64,000 bases of DNA from Candidatus Bathyarchaeia archaeon (GCA_049521795.1 JBEKOM010000008.1:1-64000), one strand, 5' to 3'. Positions 40,668-51,735 are shown, numbered from the stretch's first letter. Numbers and translations: made by a program. Notes: generated by a model not told the origin, from the sequence alone.

Positions 40668-41639
40668 TTGATGGATATCTGGAAGCTCCGTTTGTCCATG
40701 GCTGGAACGCTAGCCCTAATAATCGGACTATCAACGCTGTTCTTCACGGTTATTCTAACCCTGACAGCGTCCTTCGATCTCATAACCTTGGGCGTATTGG
40801 TCGGAGTGTTTAACATTGTCATGTGGCTTGTTTCACCCTACCTAATTGGTGCAATGTACCGCGTTCGTGCCATGTCTGCAACTGAGCAGCCCAAACTTCA
40901 CGAAGTCGTCGACGATCTCAGCAAAAAATGCAACATAAAGACACCAAGGCTAATGCTGGCGCAGATCCCACTGCCGAACGCTTTTGCTTACGGTTCACCG
41001 ATAGCGGGAACCCGGATTGCCGTCACAAGCGGACTTTTGACAACCTTGAACGACGGTGAAGTTGCAGCTGTAATTGGACACGAACTTGGACATCTGAGAC
41101 ACAGAGACGTGCAGATAATGATGTTCGTTTCATTGTTGCCCGCCGTAGCCTACTACATAGGTTTCTCCCTCATGCTCTCAGGCATGTTTGGAGGAAACCA
41201 AAAGAATCAAGGCAGCGGTGCAGCGCTGGGCATAGTCTTCATGGCTTTTTCCTTCATAATGAACCTGTTCATACTCAATCTCAGTAGACTCCGCGAGTAC
41301 TACGCTGACAGAAACAGCGCATCAATCGTCGACGGAGGATCACAGAAACTCTCAACTGGATTGGCAAAAATAGTCAATGCAAGCAAAAACATGGGTAGGA
41401 TGGGTATGACGAGACAGCAAACGAAGAATCTGCATGCATTCAAGGCGTTGTTCATCACCGACCCCGACCACGCAAACGTCGACTCTGCTGAATTGTCCGC
41501 AATGTCAGCCGCAGACAGTCAAAAACTGGTCCAAGAGATATTGTCAAAGAAGCTGACAACGGCCGATCGGATTCAAGAGGTTTTCTCGACACATCCCAAC
41601 ATAGTTAAGCGACTAAGAGCCTTGCAAGAACTTGCCTGA
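40668..41639 (+). CDS. htpX: Zinc metalloprotease HtpX (M48)
   Basis: PNAFAYG, AVTSGL, GHELGH, SRLREYYAD, FSTHP. Confidence 0.93.
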   Translation: MMDIWKLRLSMAGTLALIIGLSTLFFTVILTLTASFDLITLGVLVGVFNIVMWLVSPYLIGAMYRVRAMSATEQPKLHEVVDDLSKKCNIKTPRLMLAQIPLPNAFAYGSPIAGTRIAVTSGLLTTLNDGEVAAVIGHELGHLRHRDVQIMMFVSLLPAVAYYIGFSLMLSGMFGGNQKNQGSGAALGIVFMAFSFIMNLFILNLSRLREYYADRNSASIVDGGSQKLSTGLAKIVNASKNMGRMGMTRQQTKNLHAFKALFITDPDHANVDSAELSAMSAADSQKLVQEILSKKLTTADRIQEVFSTHPNIVKRLRALQELA

Positions 41640-41805
41640 GCACCCAAGCTGATTCTCCAAGTCTTGCAGAGCCGCTGGACTCGAACCTCGTGAGCCATCC
41701 GCATGCTAATTTGGAAGCCATTCTGAAAAACGCTTAAATCCCCTTTCGGTCGCCTCTGTACGCAAGGCACACTGCTTCATTTGCAAGTAATGAATTAAAG
41801 GAAGA

Positions 41806-43179
41806 ATGATGATGAAAGCCGAGAAGACTTTGATAATGATCGCATTACTTATGATGAGTTTAACCTTGCTAGCTGACGCGTCAACTGCAAAGGCAAGCAA
41901 GACTGTTCACTTCTCCAATCCAGTTCCAGCATCTTCCGCAACGTCACATGGGGACTGGAGCCAAACTTACGGCGGATCAAACGACGAATTCGCATATTCT
42001 GTTGTTCAGACCAGCGATGGCGGCTACGCATTAGCAGGTTTCACGGATTCTTCAGGTGCAGGAGGCTTTGATTTCTACCTTGTCAAAACGGATTCCGCTG
42101 GGAATCAGAATTGGACCCAAACCTATGGCGGATCCGGCGATGATTTCGCGTATTCCCTTGTTCAGACCAGTGATGGAGGATACGCGTTGGCAGGCTACAC
42201 GGAGTCTTTTGGCGCGGGGTACTATGATTTCTATTTGGTCAAAACGAATTCGGCTGGCATCCTGCAATGGTCTAAGACGTATGGGGGCCCAGGCGACGAT
42301 GAGGCACGTTCGCTAATCCAAACGAGTGACGGCGGATACGCGCTAGCAGGGTGGACGAACTCTTTTGGCGGTGGCGGCTACAGTTTCTACTTGGTCAAAA
42401 CCGACTCAACAGGCAGTATGCTTTGGAATAGAACTTATGGAAGTGCAGGCGACAATCAGGCCTATTCAGTAATCCAAACGAGTGATGGCGGATATGCGTT
42501 GGCTGGTTACACCGATTCTTCTGGTCATGGCGGCAACGATTTCTACCTAGTTAAGACGGATTCGGCGGGCAACATGACATGGAACATGACTTATGGGGGA
42601 ATAGGCGACGACGAAGCATATTCACTAATCCAAACAAGTGATGGCGACTACGCTTTGGCGGGCTATACGACCTCTTCGAGCGCCGGCGTAGACAACTTCT
42701 GGCTTGTTAAGACGAATTCAACGGGCGCCATGCAGTGGAGCCAGACTTATGGGTCACCTGGTGATAGCGAGGCATATTCATTAGTTCAGACCAGTGATGG
42801 CGACTACGCGCTTGGAGGCTTCACGGACACTTTGGGCGCTGGGGGCTACGATGTTTGGCTCGTCAAGACAGATTCAACAGGCGGCGTGCGGTGGAGTCAG
42901 ACTTACGGCGGATCAAGCGACGATTTCGCATATTCCCTTGTTCAGACCAGCGACGGAGGATACGCACTGGCAGGTTTCACGGATTCTTCTGGTGCCGGCG
43001 GCAACGATTTCTACCTGGTCAAGGTTGATTCGACCGGCGCATCTTCCTCCTCGCCAGGCTTGAATTGGAGCTCTATAGAAGGATACGTGATTATCGCTGC
43101 GATAATCATTATCATAATAGCAGCAGTATTGTTAATCCTTTCTAGAGTAGGTGGCAGAAAGGGCAAGGGCAAAATCTAG
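41806..43179 (+). CDS. Membrane-anchored 7-bladed beta-propeller surface protein
   Basis: Signal peptide, seven 52-aa repeats (W..TYGG..DD.AYS..QTSDGGYALAG.T.S.GAG..DF.LVKTDS.G; 156-bp period, 41956-43040), C-terminal TM plus basic tail. Confidence 0.88.
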   Translation: MMMKAEKTLIMIALLMMSLTLLADASTAKASKTVHFSNPVPASSATSHGDWSQTYGGSNDEFAYSVVQTSDGGYALAGFTDSSGAGGFDFYLVKTDSAGNQNWTQTYGGSGDDFAYSLVQTSDGGYALAGYTESFGAGYYDFYLVKTNSAGILQWSKTYGGPGDDEARSLIQTSDGGYALAGWTNSFGGGGYSFYLVKTDSTGSMLWNRTYGSAGDNQAYSVIQTSDGGYALAGYTDSSGHGGNDFYLVKTDSAGNMTWNMTYGGIGDDEAYSLIQTSDGDYALAGYTTSSSAGVDNFWLVKTNSTGAMQWSQTYGSPGDSEAYSLVQTSDGDYALGGFTDTLGAGGYDVWLVKTDSTGGVRWSQTYGGSSDDFAYSLVQTSDGGYALAGFTDSSGAGGNDFYLVKVDSTGASSSSPGLNWSSIEGYVIIAAIIIIIIAAVLLILSRVGGRKGKGKI

Positions 43180-43310
43180 CAAGTGATAGAAGTCGATGTT
43201 TCTGCCAAGTTGACTTCGCGGAGTGTACCATTCTAAATAGTCAAGCTCAGAGCGGAACCGTTTGCTGCAACAGAAAGCGAGTCATTCAGCTTCGTGCCGA
43301 TGCTTGCGCG

Positions 43311-43334
43311 TTGCATATACGTTTTGCATATACG
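43311..43334 (-). repeat. Second locus of the 13-bp tandem repeat CGTATATGCAAAA
   Basis: Minus strand reads CGTATATGCAAAA CGTATATGCAA. Confidence 0.8.
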
Positions 43335-43870
43335 CTAATGATCATCAACGGTTGAAGTTTTTGTCCGAAGCACGCGCGTTTGTTGAAGCGGCAGGAACGG
43401 CGTGACAAGATGCTACTGTTAAGAAGGCCTTTAAGAAGGCAATAAGCTCTTGATTGCCATGAATTGGGCCACCATGCCGCCTGTGAACGGCCTTACCCAG
43501 AACGTTAAGGCTCGGACCGTGCCAGCATCTCCAACCTTTGGAAACAAACTTAACGGTGCAGTCGCTCTTTCCTTCACTCATCATTGAAACTAGAACATTC
43601 TTTATAGGGTGATATTGTTGAAAAATGGCATGGCGCGTTGGGTGTTTCCAGCTTCCAGAGGCGGTTTTCTCTTCTTTCTTACCTACTGGGTTGGCGCGCG
43701 CGTGCGCATGCTTCTTGTCGAGCCGTTTGGTCTATAGGTAGCGCTCTAGGATGTCGTTTCAGAGGGCTATTGCGTCCTGGGTTTTTACACGCGCTCTAAA
43801 TGTGTTTGCTGTGAAGACGAAGTTCAAAAAGGGGGTTGAAGGGTCGCTGAGGCTCGATAGCAGCCGTGCA

Positions 43871-46800
43871 TTAGCCAGTCCAATGGTTTGACAGTATTAT
43901 GTCGTCCAAGATGTTTACGACGCCGTCGCCGTTGATGTCCGCGTTGTGGTTCCAGTTGGGACTGCTAGGCGTGGATAAGAAGGCGTTGCTCACTAGTATA
44001 TCGTCCAAAATGTTGACTCTTCCATCGCCGTTGACGTCGCCCGTAATAGTCAAAGTGACGTTAAACTTGGCTGTGAAGCTTCCGGCCCAGGTCGTTATCT
44101 GGAGCGTGTAAGTTCCGGATGACACTTGTTGACCGGAGTAGTCTTTTTGATTCCATCCCCACTCTCTCTTTTCTCCTGGGAGAACAGAAACCAGTACATA
44201 TTCCGCGATTGGATTGTAAACGACGCGTCCTGAGGCATCAAGTATGACCCAAGGAGCGGTGTTTGACAAAGTGATCGTTGTTGAGCCCGTGTTTTGGAAC
44301 CCGACAATGACTGTGTCACCAATGGCATACTGCAATTTGTCTGTGTACGCAAAACCACTACCAAAGACAGCTTGCAACGCGTGGTTTGTATTCATCGTCA
44401 CGCTCGTGGGGTTGGCAGGGCCCACGTTAACACCATCCAGCACCCAGTGGTCGAACCCGTAGTTGACGTTTGGCCTCGCCGAGACGCCGACAACGCTTCC
44501 CGCGGCATAAGAATAGACGCCAGGCACAGGAGTCGTCGTTCCCCCAGCAGTAGCCGAAATCGTCAAAGTGTACGTAACAGGAGAGAAGGCATACTTGAAT
44601 ATCCATTCGTTACCCGGACCATACCCCCCGATATCGCAGAGTTTAAGTTCGTTCTGGCCATCGTTGTTGAAGTCTGCAATGTTTACGCCAGAGATTAAAC
44701 CGAATGCTCCGGTTATGGTGGACTGTTCGGCATATCCTGTTCCTATCCATGATATAACGTGCACGTTGCCGCCTCCGACGTAGAATTGATTCTTTCCAAT
44801 GTTTTCGCCGTCACCTATGGCCACACCTTCAATGACTGAGTATTCCGATGGCCAGCTGCCCTCCCACACCTTGTTGTATGCCACACCGTCCCACTTGACC
44901 AGAACTGCTCCTGCCCCAGCGTATCCTGCAACGTTGTTTCCGATTCCAATCTCTGCTATTCCGTCTCCGTCAACATCTCCCACCGCGACTCCGTAAGGGA
45001 TGCCGCCGCCTATCAGGCCCGCATAGACAAGCTCTGCATTCCAGGTGTTCGAGGTTGCGTTCCAAGTGAGTGCCCATGTTCCCGCTGTTGTACCAGTGGA
45101 GCTGTCTGATATGCAGGCCACGATCCTTGTCTTCCCGTCACCTTTGATGTCACCACTCCACACCATCGAGCACTCCATCGACGAGTAGCCCGGCAGCATC
45201 CACTGGGCTTTCACATAGAATTTGCTGGTTGCCTTGTTCCATCCGAGGCCAATGACATGTGCAGCATAGCCGCCCCACGGGGCGTTTGCAACGACCACCT
45301 CTTTGACGCCGTCACCGTCAAAGTCGCATGAGTATACGTCGTAGGTGAAAGAACAGTAGAAGTGGTCAAGCTTGGTGAGCGTGGTGCCGTCCCACTTGTA
45401 GGCCCATACTCCATCGTTTGCGCCGCAGTACGCCCATGACATTACGAGTTCTAGGCTTCCGTTTCCGTAGAGGTCCAGCATGGTTGCGCCAGACGGCGAG
45501 TTGTAGGTGCCGCCGCCTTCAGTCCAGCTGTACACTTGATAGTACGTGCCTGATGTTTTGTCGTATTTCAGTATGCGTGCTATACCGCTGCTTTCGTAAC
45601 CACCGACTACTATCTCGTTGACTCCGTCTCCGTCAAGATCCCCGCACGGCTGGGCAAACTGAGAGTGCCCACCACCACCAAAAGTGCTATTCCACTGTAG
45701 AGACCACAGAGCAGCGGGCCCGTTCACTGTTACAGCCGCTGTGTTAGACTTTGCCGTCGCGCCGACGCTGTCGAGAACTGTTGCGTAGACCGTGTAGGAA
45801 CCTGAGGATGACGGGGTGAAAGTCCAGCTACTGTAACCCCAATATTGCGGGTTACCATTCAAAAACCACTGATAAGAGTATGGAGACGCACCGCCAGAGA
45901 CGCTTAACGTAAACAGCACAGACTGACCAACGTTCATCACAACAGAACTGGGCGAAACAGATACAGAAAGCGGGTTGAAAGGAGATTGAAGAGACAGAGT
46001 TTGTCCCGCGCTGACTGGTTTGGTTGTATAATCGATGAGTACGCCGTTTTGGTTGTATAATTGCAGGAGGTAGGTTCCGGGATACAATGTCACAGTGACT
46101 TGCCCGTTGACAAACGGGATTTGCCAAGCCGTAGCAACATTCGGATTGGATGCACTCGTAACGTAAAGTGTTCCTGAAGTTAACGTGGAAGTGATATTGA
46201 TTACTCCCATCTGAGACTGGTAGTACAGTGGGCCAAGTTGACCAGCACCATTCGTCATCGTTTCGAATGTTTCTCCGTTTTGATTGTAGGAGAATCCGCA
46301 CATCACATTGTCTATTAGTTCCCCCGTGCCACTTCCAAAATTGTAGGCGTAAGGCACGATCTGATAGTTGTGCCCGTTCCAGTACTCCAGCTGAAGTTGA
46401 ACCTGAGACTGGACAGTGGGGACAGCGGTAGTTGGTGGTGGTGGTCCGCGTGCAGCTGGTGCCCCCAGTATCAACGCGGCATTATAGAAAGTTCCAGCAG
46501 GATCGTAATTGAACCCGTTTACTTCAAAACCAGCTAAAGACGTGAATCCGACCACATTTGTAAAAGTGACTGTATCGAAGGTTACCAACCCAGAACCGTC
46601 GATGTCGAATGCAAAGCTTACCGTAGGGCCGGAATAACTCATCCGTGAGGTCACATTGAGTGTGATAGTTGTCGGGTTAGTGAGAGTAACAGGTTGGAAA
46701 TCGTGCGTGTTTTGGTAAGCGCTACAAACATAACAGCTCCCATCCTGCTTTATAGGGGTAGGGTTGTTTCCAGATATGCCGGAAGAGCTTGTGTTCGGAG

Positions 46801-49339
46801 CAGGAAAACTTGAATAGTTCCACACGTTGTCGACGAAATCGTTGAGAGTCAAGGTATTTCCAGAGGCAGAGGTAGTGACTGCCGCTACGTTTTGTACCCA
46901 AAAGACGAGCGGTCCATATATGGTGTTGATTTGAAGTTTGACGTTCAGTTGAAAGCTCGCGTCATGATTAGAGGTGGTTCCCTTCACCAACGTCGAAAGG
47001 GACGCAACCGTGACGGTTCCCACAAAACTGGTGGTGTTGTATTGGTAGGGCCCGCTTGGCTCCATTCCGTAGTCTGCTATTCCCATCGGGGCTGGCTCGA
47101 TTTGATCAAAGCAATAAACATCGATTCCACCATTTGCAACATTCACAGTTGCGGTGTTAGACGTGGCCATCAATGGCTGGCTGTCGGTGACTCTTACGTA
47201 GACCGTGTAAGAGCCTGTGTATTGTGGGTAAAAAACCCAAGTAGAGAGAGTACCGCCTGAAGCAGCTGAAACTGCCTGACTATTAAGATACCACTGATAT
47301 TTGTAGGGCGGAAGGCCACCTGAAACGGTTGACGGAAACGGCTGACCTGAACCAAACCCGCTAACAGGCATGGTGACAGAACTTGGCGAGATAGATACAG
47401 AAAGCAGTCCGATCACCGTTACAGTCGCAGTGTTAGACGCTGCGTGCAGAATTCCCTGGTTGTCAGTGACTCCCGCCCAGACCGTGTAAGAGCCTGCGGA
47501 TTGTGGAGTGAAAGTCCAACTGCTTGAAGTCGCGCCCGTAACCGAAGACCCATTCAAATACCACTGATAGGAGTATGGAGACGACCCGCCGCCGCCGCCG
47601 TTGAAGACGCTTGAAGTAAACAGCACAGATGACCCAAGATTCATAGTGATCGAGGCGGGCAAAATGGAAATGTAAAAATTGTAAGTGCTAAATCGCACGC
47701 CAACTCCAGTTGCAAATTGATAGACGTTGCTGTACTCAGTTGCTCCGCTGGAGTTGAATAATTGGAACACACCTGGGTTTCTGACGAACGATATTGAATT
47801 TATAGTGCTAACCGAGAACAGAGAATTGCCCGCTGAATCGATTTCTTGCATCCACATCCAAGCAGATGACTTGGTGGAAGTCATATCGCTGTACCATACT
47901 TGCTGCATATTACCATAATATGGATTAGTATGCAACTGTTCTGTCATTAATCCGCTGAATGCAGATTGAGGGGGAGGAGTTTGCGGATAGTTTGGAAGAC
48001 CCACGAAGTACGTTGCTCCGGAGGAACTGTAACTCCCCGAAGAGGTTGCGCCTGTATTCGGGTCGTAGACTTGCATGAGGACGTTGCCTCCCGAAAAGCT
48101 TAGGAATAAATTTACACTGTCTCCTTGATTGACAGAAAGACTCACCCAGTAATAGTAGACTGTACTTCCACTAGGATCGAAGACAAAATAGTTGGCGTTG
48201 AACCCGGGAGTATATGGAAAACCAGAGATACTCGAATTAGCATTGGTACCGAACCAGTCCCATGATAGCCCAACCTCGTACATGTATCCCTGGTCGGAAA
48301 GGCCACACAGCAGACACGCCGGACCTGTTACACTTGAGGCGCCAAACTGTAGCGCAAAACTGTCATCATAATCCTGCTGGACTGCAGTGACGCTGTAGGA
48401 CATGCTGCCGGAGTTTTGTGTGAAAGTTTCTCCGAGTAGTTCGCAATATGGACCGGCCAAATAGCTGGTATATTCGGCCCAAATCTGCTGATCAGACAGT
48501 GCTATATTGTAAATCTTGACTTCGTCGATGATGCCGTTGAACCATGATGTACCTCCAGGATTGTTGCCAATACTGAGTGATTGGCCGTTATAGGCCAGAT
48601 AACCTGATTGTTGGCTACCTACAAGCCTTCCATTGACATAGAGTTTTGCGGTCGCGCCATCGAAAGTTCCAACAACATGATACCATACGCCTGGTTGAAT
48701 AATTCCGGGAGGTGAATAACATATTCCTGGGGCAAATTCAATTCCTGCGTTTGGGTTAATGCGCAAAAAATAACCTTCAGAATAATATGTACTTGCAATA
48801 GTCCCATAAGTACTCACATCATTCGCGTTAAACCACGCTTCTAACGTGATTGCCGCAGTTGGCATAAGACTGGAACCAGTCCCGCAACTAACATAATCAA
48901 CAACTCCATCAAAGCTCAAGGCGCTACCTACTTTCCCGGCAGTCCATGAAGCTCCAATTACAATTCCGTTATTGTTGTTACCGGAGCTATCGTAGGCCGT
49001 TGTACCTGAGCCTTCATCAAGCTTCCAGTAGCCAACCAATCCTGAAGCCTGAGTGTAGCCCGGTAGGCCGGAGTAGGCGGTTACGTTGCTCGTGTCAAGT
49101 GGACCTGCGGCACCAGACGTTTTCGGTAGAGGGGTTGCATAGTGCGGCGCCACAGCGTCCCTCTTGGTCGGGTCGGGGACTAACCCGCTGGCGTTTCCCC
49201 CACGCGCAGCGGTGAACTGTGACTCAGAAACTCCAGAGCTGCCATGAGAAGCGGCTGCTCCAGAGAGAGTACTAATAGGAAACACCGAAATCAGAAAAAA
49301 CACAATTAAAACGAAACTTACAACTGCTTTTCTATTCAT
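43871..49339 (-). CDS. Very large secreted multidomain protein: LamG, thermopsin-like, PKD/Ig repeats, FG-GAP propeller, dockerin
   Basis: Signal peptide MNRKAVVSF; LVGYWKLDEGSG...IDEVKIY (LamG); EPAPMGIADYG (thermopsin); three YQWYLN Ig repeats; DxDGDG repeats; C-terminal GDVNGDG/ADINGDG. Confidence 0.85.
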   Translation of the reverse strand: MNRKAVVSFVLIVFFLISVFPISTLSGAAASHGSSGVSESQFTAARGGNASGLVPDPTKRDAVAPHYATPLPKTSGAAGPLDTSNVTAYSGLPGYTQASGLVGYWKLDEGSGTTAYDSSGNNNNGIVIGASWTAGKVGSALSFDGVVDYVSCGTGSSLMPTAAITLEAWFNANDVSTYGTIASTYYSEGYFLRINPNAGIEFAPGICYSPPGIIQPGVWYHVVGTFDGATAKLYVNGRLVGSQQSGYLAYNGQSLSIGNNPGGTSWFNGIIDEVKIYNIALSDQQIWAEYTSYLAGPYCELLGETFTQNSGSMSYSVTAVQQDYDDSFALQFGASSVTGPACLLCGLSDQGYMYEVGLSWDWFGTNANSSISGFPYTPGFNANYFVFDPSGSTVYYYWVSLSVNQGDSVNLFLSFSGGNVLMQVYDPNTGATSSGSYSSSGATYFVGLPNYPQTPPPQSAFSGLMTEQLHTNPYYGNMQQVWYSDMTSTKSSAWMWMQEIDSAGNSLFSVSTINSISFVRNPGVFQLFNSSGATEYSNVYQFATGVGVRFSTYNFYISILPASITMNLGSSVLFTSSVFNGGGGGSSPYSYQWYLNGSSVTGATSSSWTFTPQSAGSYTVWAGVTDNQGILHAASNTATVTVIGLLSVSISPSSVTMPVSGFGSGQPFPSTVSGGLPPYKYQWYLNSQAVSAASGGTLSTWVFYPQYTGSYTVYVRVTDSQPLMATSNTATVNVANGGIDVYCFDQIEPAPMGIADYGMEPSGPYQYNTTSFVGTVTVASLSTLVKGTTSNHDASFQLNVKLQINTIYGPLVFWVQNVAAVTTSASGNTLTLNDFVDNVWNYSSFPAPNTSSSGISGNNPTPIKQDGSCYVCSAYQNTHDFQPVTLTNPTTITLNVTSRMSYSGPTVSFAFDIDGSGLVTFDTVTFTNVVGFTSLAGFEVNGFNYDPAGTFYNAALILGAPAARGPPPPTTAVPTVQSQVQLQLEYWNGHNYQIVPYAYNFGSGTGELIDNVMCGFSYNQNGETFETMTNGAGQLGPLYYQSQMGVINITSTLTSGTLYVTSASNPNVATAWQIPFVNGQVTVTLYPGTYLLQLYNQNGVLIDYTTKPVSAGQTLSLQSPFNPLSVSVSPSSVVMNVGQSVLFTLSVSGGASPYSYQWFLNGNPQYWGYSSWTFTPSSSGSYTVYATVLDSVGATAKSNTAAVTVNGPAALWSLQWNSTFGGGGHSQFAQPCGDLDGDGVNEIVVGGYESSGIARILKYDKTSGTYYQVYSWTEGGGTYNSPSGATMLDLYGNGSLELVMSWAYCGANDGVWAYKWDGTTLTKLDHFYCSFTYDVYSCDFDGDGVKEVVVANAPWGGYAAHVIGLGWNKATSKFYVKAQWMLPGYSSMECSMVWSGDIKGDGKTRIVACISDSSTGTTAGTWALTWNATSNTWNAELVYAGLIGGGIPYGVAVGDVDGDGIAEIGIGNNVAGYAGAGAVLVKWDGVAYNKVWEGSWPSEYSVIEGVAIGDGENIGKNQFYVGGGNVHVISWIGTGYAEQSTITGAFGLISGVNIADFNNDGQNELKLCDIGGYGPGNEWIFKYAFSPVTYTLTISATAGGTTTPVPGVYSYAAGSVVGVSARPNVNYGFDHWVLDGVNVGPANPTSVTMNTNHALQAVFGSGFAYTDKLQYAIGDTVIVGFQNTGSTTITLSNTAPWVILDASGRVVYNPIAEYVLVSVLPGEKREWGWNQKDYSGQQVSSGTYTLQITTWAGSFTAKFNVTLTITGDVNGDGRVNILDDILVSNAFLSTPSSPNWNHNADINGDGVVNILDDIILSNHWTG

Positions 49340-50045
49340 TTTCCAAACCCTTCCCGCGCGCGCTCCCCCGTCTTCCCAAAGACAACTCGCGCACGCCAAT
49401 GTTGATTAGGCCCATTAGTACTATTTAAGCCCTGTGAAACAATGTTTCAGTCCTTACGAGCGCGTGCTGAAAATGAAGCATCTGATACAGGTTCAGTTCT
49501 GACAAGCTTTCTTTCCATTCTCCATCCTCGAAGATACGCGCGCATCAGACTCTTGGCTAGACGGTCAGCAAGATTCTTCGTTAAAACAAACAGCTCTCCC
49601 GGATGCTTCCCATACAAAGTCTCCACATGCACAACCCATGATCGCGTAGTATGCCTCACATACACACTCTGTAAGAGCCCCAACAAAGCTGTCCAATTCA
49701 CCATCTCAACACGCCTAAAATCAACGGGCAAACAACCCTCAGCCGGCGCGCGCTACTTGATTGTATCTCGTCTCAAAGGAGGCTTCTCTTTCCAAAGGTC
49801 TTCGGACAGAATCTTCCCGCAATGTGGCAATTGACTATCTTTCTGCTCATCCAATTCATCTCCTGCCAAACTTTGCGGCACCCAGCGGTCGCACAGCGAA
49901 AAAGAAAAAAAGGGAAAGAAGCCGTCAAGAAGCGAATTGGAGACATCGCCTCGGGGAGTGAGGCTAGGCAAACCCACAAGTGTGCGTTGACTCGGCGGAC
50001 ATGTTAAAACAACTGCTAGGCCTTCGAACCGTGGCTTGCAGAGCG

Positions 50046-50813
50046 CTAGACTTCTCTCCATCGTGCCTTGGTTTTTGCAAGCATGAAGAGTATGATTGTT
50101 ACGGCTATTAGGACGCTCCAGTCGAGAACTATCGTGGCAAGTGGTAGTGACAGATATCCAGCTGCATTCTGCGCTAGCTCTGCTGCGTACGTGGTAGGCG
50201 AGAGGTAGGCCAAGTATCTGAACGGAAGCGGGATGTAGGTAATGGGGTAGTAGACAGGCGGTATCGTTGAGAAAAGCGTTGAAAGAAGCCGTGTGAACGC
50301 AAAGCTTTGGACTATGTCGCTGGAAAACGTTGAGAGCGTATAGCCGACCGCCATTGAAGCAAAGAACATGAGGAGAAGCACTACGATGAACTCTAGGACT
50401 CCAACGACGCTCATTGCCACATAGTAGTGTGCTATAATGGCGAGTACGGTTAGCGCGGGAATGGAGTAGACGATCTCTGAGATGGCGATTCCAATCATGT
50501 AGGTCAGCCATGTGGTTGGAGAACTGACCACCATGTCTTGCAGTTTGAAATCGTTCTTGAGGTGCGAAAGGTCGGCTTGCAGGGACATGCCGCTCGAGAA
50601 CATGCTCATTATGAACCCGCCTTCCACGGCTTCTCCTATGAGGCTGCCGCGGCTTACGAACACTATGAGCACTAGGAAGGAGAGGGGGGACAGAACAGTG
50701 TTGATTAGGACGATCGGGTAGTTCCTCATTTCATACAGGGCGTTGACGAGTATCGCGGCCAGAAACTGGCTGAACCTACTCCTCTTCTGCGTCGCGCTCT
50801 TCTTGAATGCCAA
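50046..50813 (-). CDS. ABC-2 type exporter permease
   Basis: Six TM; PVYYP...P...YLSPTTY ABC-2 signature. Confidence 0.88.
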   Translation of the reverse strand: MAFKKSATQKRSRFSQFLAAILVNALYEMRNYPIVLINTVLSPLSFLVLIVFVSRGSLIGEAVEGGFIMSMFSSGMSLQADLSHLKNDFKLQDMVVSSPTTWLTYMIGIAISEIVYSIPALTVLAIIAHYYVAMSVVGVLEFIVVLLLMFFASMAVGYTLSTFSSDIVQSFAFTRLLSTLFSTIPPVYYPITYIPLPFRYLAYLSPTTYAAELAQNAAGYLSLPLATIVLDWSVLIAVTIILFMLAKTKARWREV

Positions 50814-51735
50814 CTCCTTTACCTCCTTCTTGATTCACAAGATAGAAAAATATGTCGTCCAGCGAAACCGGATTTATCGTAAACTTTGACCCGCCCTTGG
50901 AGAGTTCTCTTGAAATTCTGAAGGCCTCTTCCTCAGTCGTGAGCACTCTGACATAGCCATCTCTTCCAGTCACTATCTCGCCCTTAGAAAGCTTAAGAAA
51001 ATCGGGCGCCGGTTTTGAGAGCAGCTTCATGCTGTAGTTGTAATTCATGCTCTGTCTCAGATCCTCGAGCGTTCCGATGCGGATCAGTTTGCCCTGATCC
51101 AGGATGCCGATCTTATCAGCTAGCTCTTCCGCTTCTTCGAGATAATGCGTAGTAAGAAACGTGAAGCGGTCGTTTCCAATATCCTTGAGAATCTCCCAGA
51201 ATTCTCTTCTTGAGATCGGATCAAGTCCCGTTGTCGGCTCGTCCAAGAAGAGTATTTCCGCTTCTGAAGACAGGACAGTCGCAACCAAAACCTTTCTCTT
51301 CATTCCTCCTGAAAGCTTGCGATTCAAAGTATCGTTGTATCCGCTGAGTCCGAGCTTTTCAAGCGACTCGCAGGCCCTCTTTTTTGCTTCAACGTAGTCG
51401 AGCCCTCGCCAAAGAAGATACGAAAGTACCGTTTGCATAGGCGTCATCCACGGAATCGGCCTCGCTTCTTGCGGTACTATGGCGATTTTTTCTCTGAGCC
51501 TACGAGGCTCCTTCACGACGTCTATACCGTTTATAGTGGCTCTTCCAGACGTCGGTTCAAGCTCGGTTGCAAGGATACGCACGAGCGTGGTCTTTCCAGA
51601 ACCGTTCCGGCCTATCAGCACGAACACACCACGGGTGGGAATAGAGAAGCTTGCAGAGTCAAGCGCCTTCGTTTTGCTTTTGCCATAGACCTTCGTTAAA
51701 TGATCACATATGATTGACTGAGAACTCTCTTCCAT
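50776..51735 (-). CDS. ABC exporter ATP-binding protein
   Basis: GRNGSGKT, LSGGMK, LDEPTTGLD, TTH. Confidence 0.95.
   Translation of the reverse strand: MEESSQSIICDHLTKVYGKSKTKALDSASFSIPTRGVFVLIGRNGSGKTTLVRILATELEPTSGRATINGIDVVKEPRRLREKIAIVPQEARPIPWMTPMQTVLSYLLWRGLDYVEAKKRACESLEKLGLSGYNDTLNRKLSGGMKRKVLVATVLSSEAEILFLDEPTTGLDPISRREFWEILKDIGNDRFTFLTTHYLEEAEELADKIGILDQGKLIRIGTLEDLRQSMNYNYSMKLLSKPAPDFLKLSKGEIVTGRDGYVRVLTTEEEAFRISRELSKGGSKFTINPVSLDDIFFYLVNQEGGKGVGIQEERDAEEE

Noticed and set aside
41956-43040. 156-bp periodic repeats as a CRISPR or non-coding array
   Set aside because: They are in-frame coding repeats of a beta-propeller with no unique spacers.
49442-49834. Overlapping short ORFs (49447-49731 minus, 49442-49834 plus)
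   Set aside because: No recognisable motifs or clear translation signals; cannot be supported.
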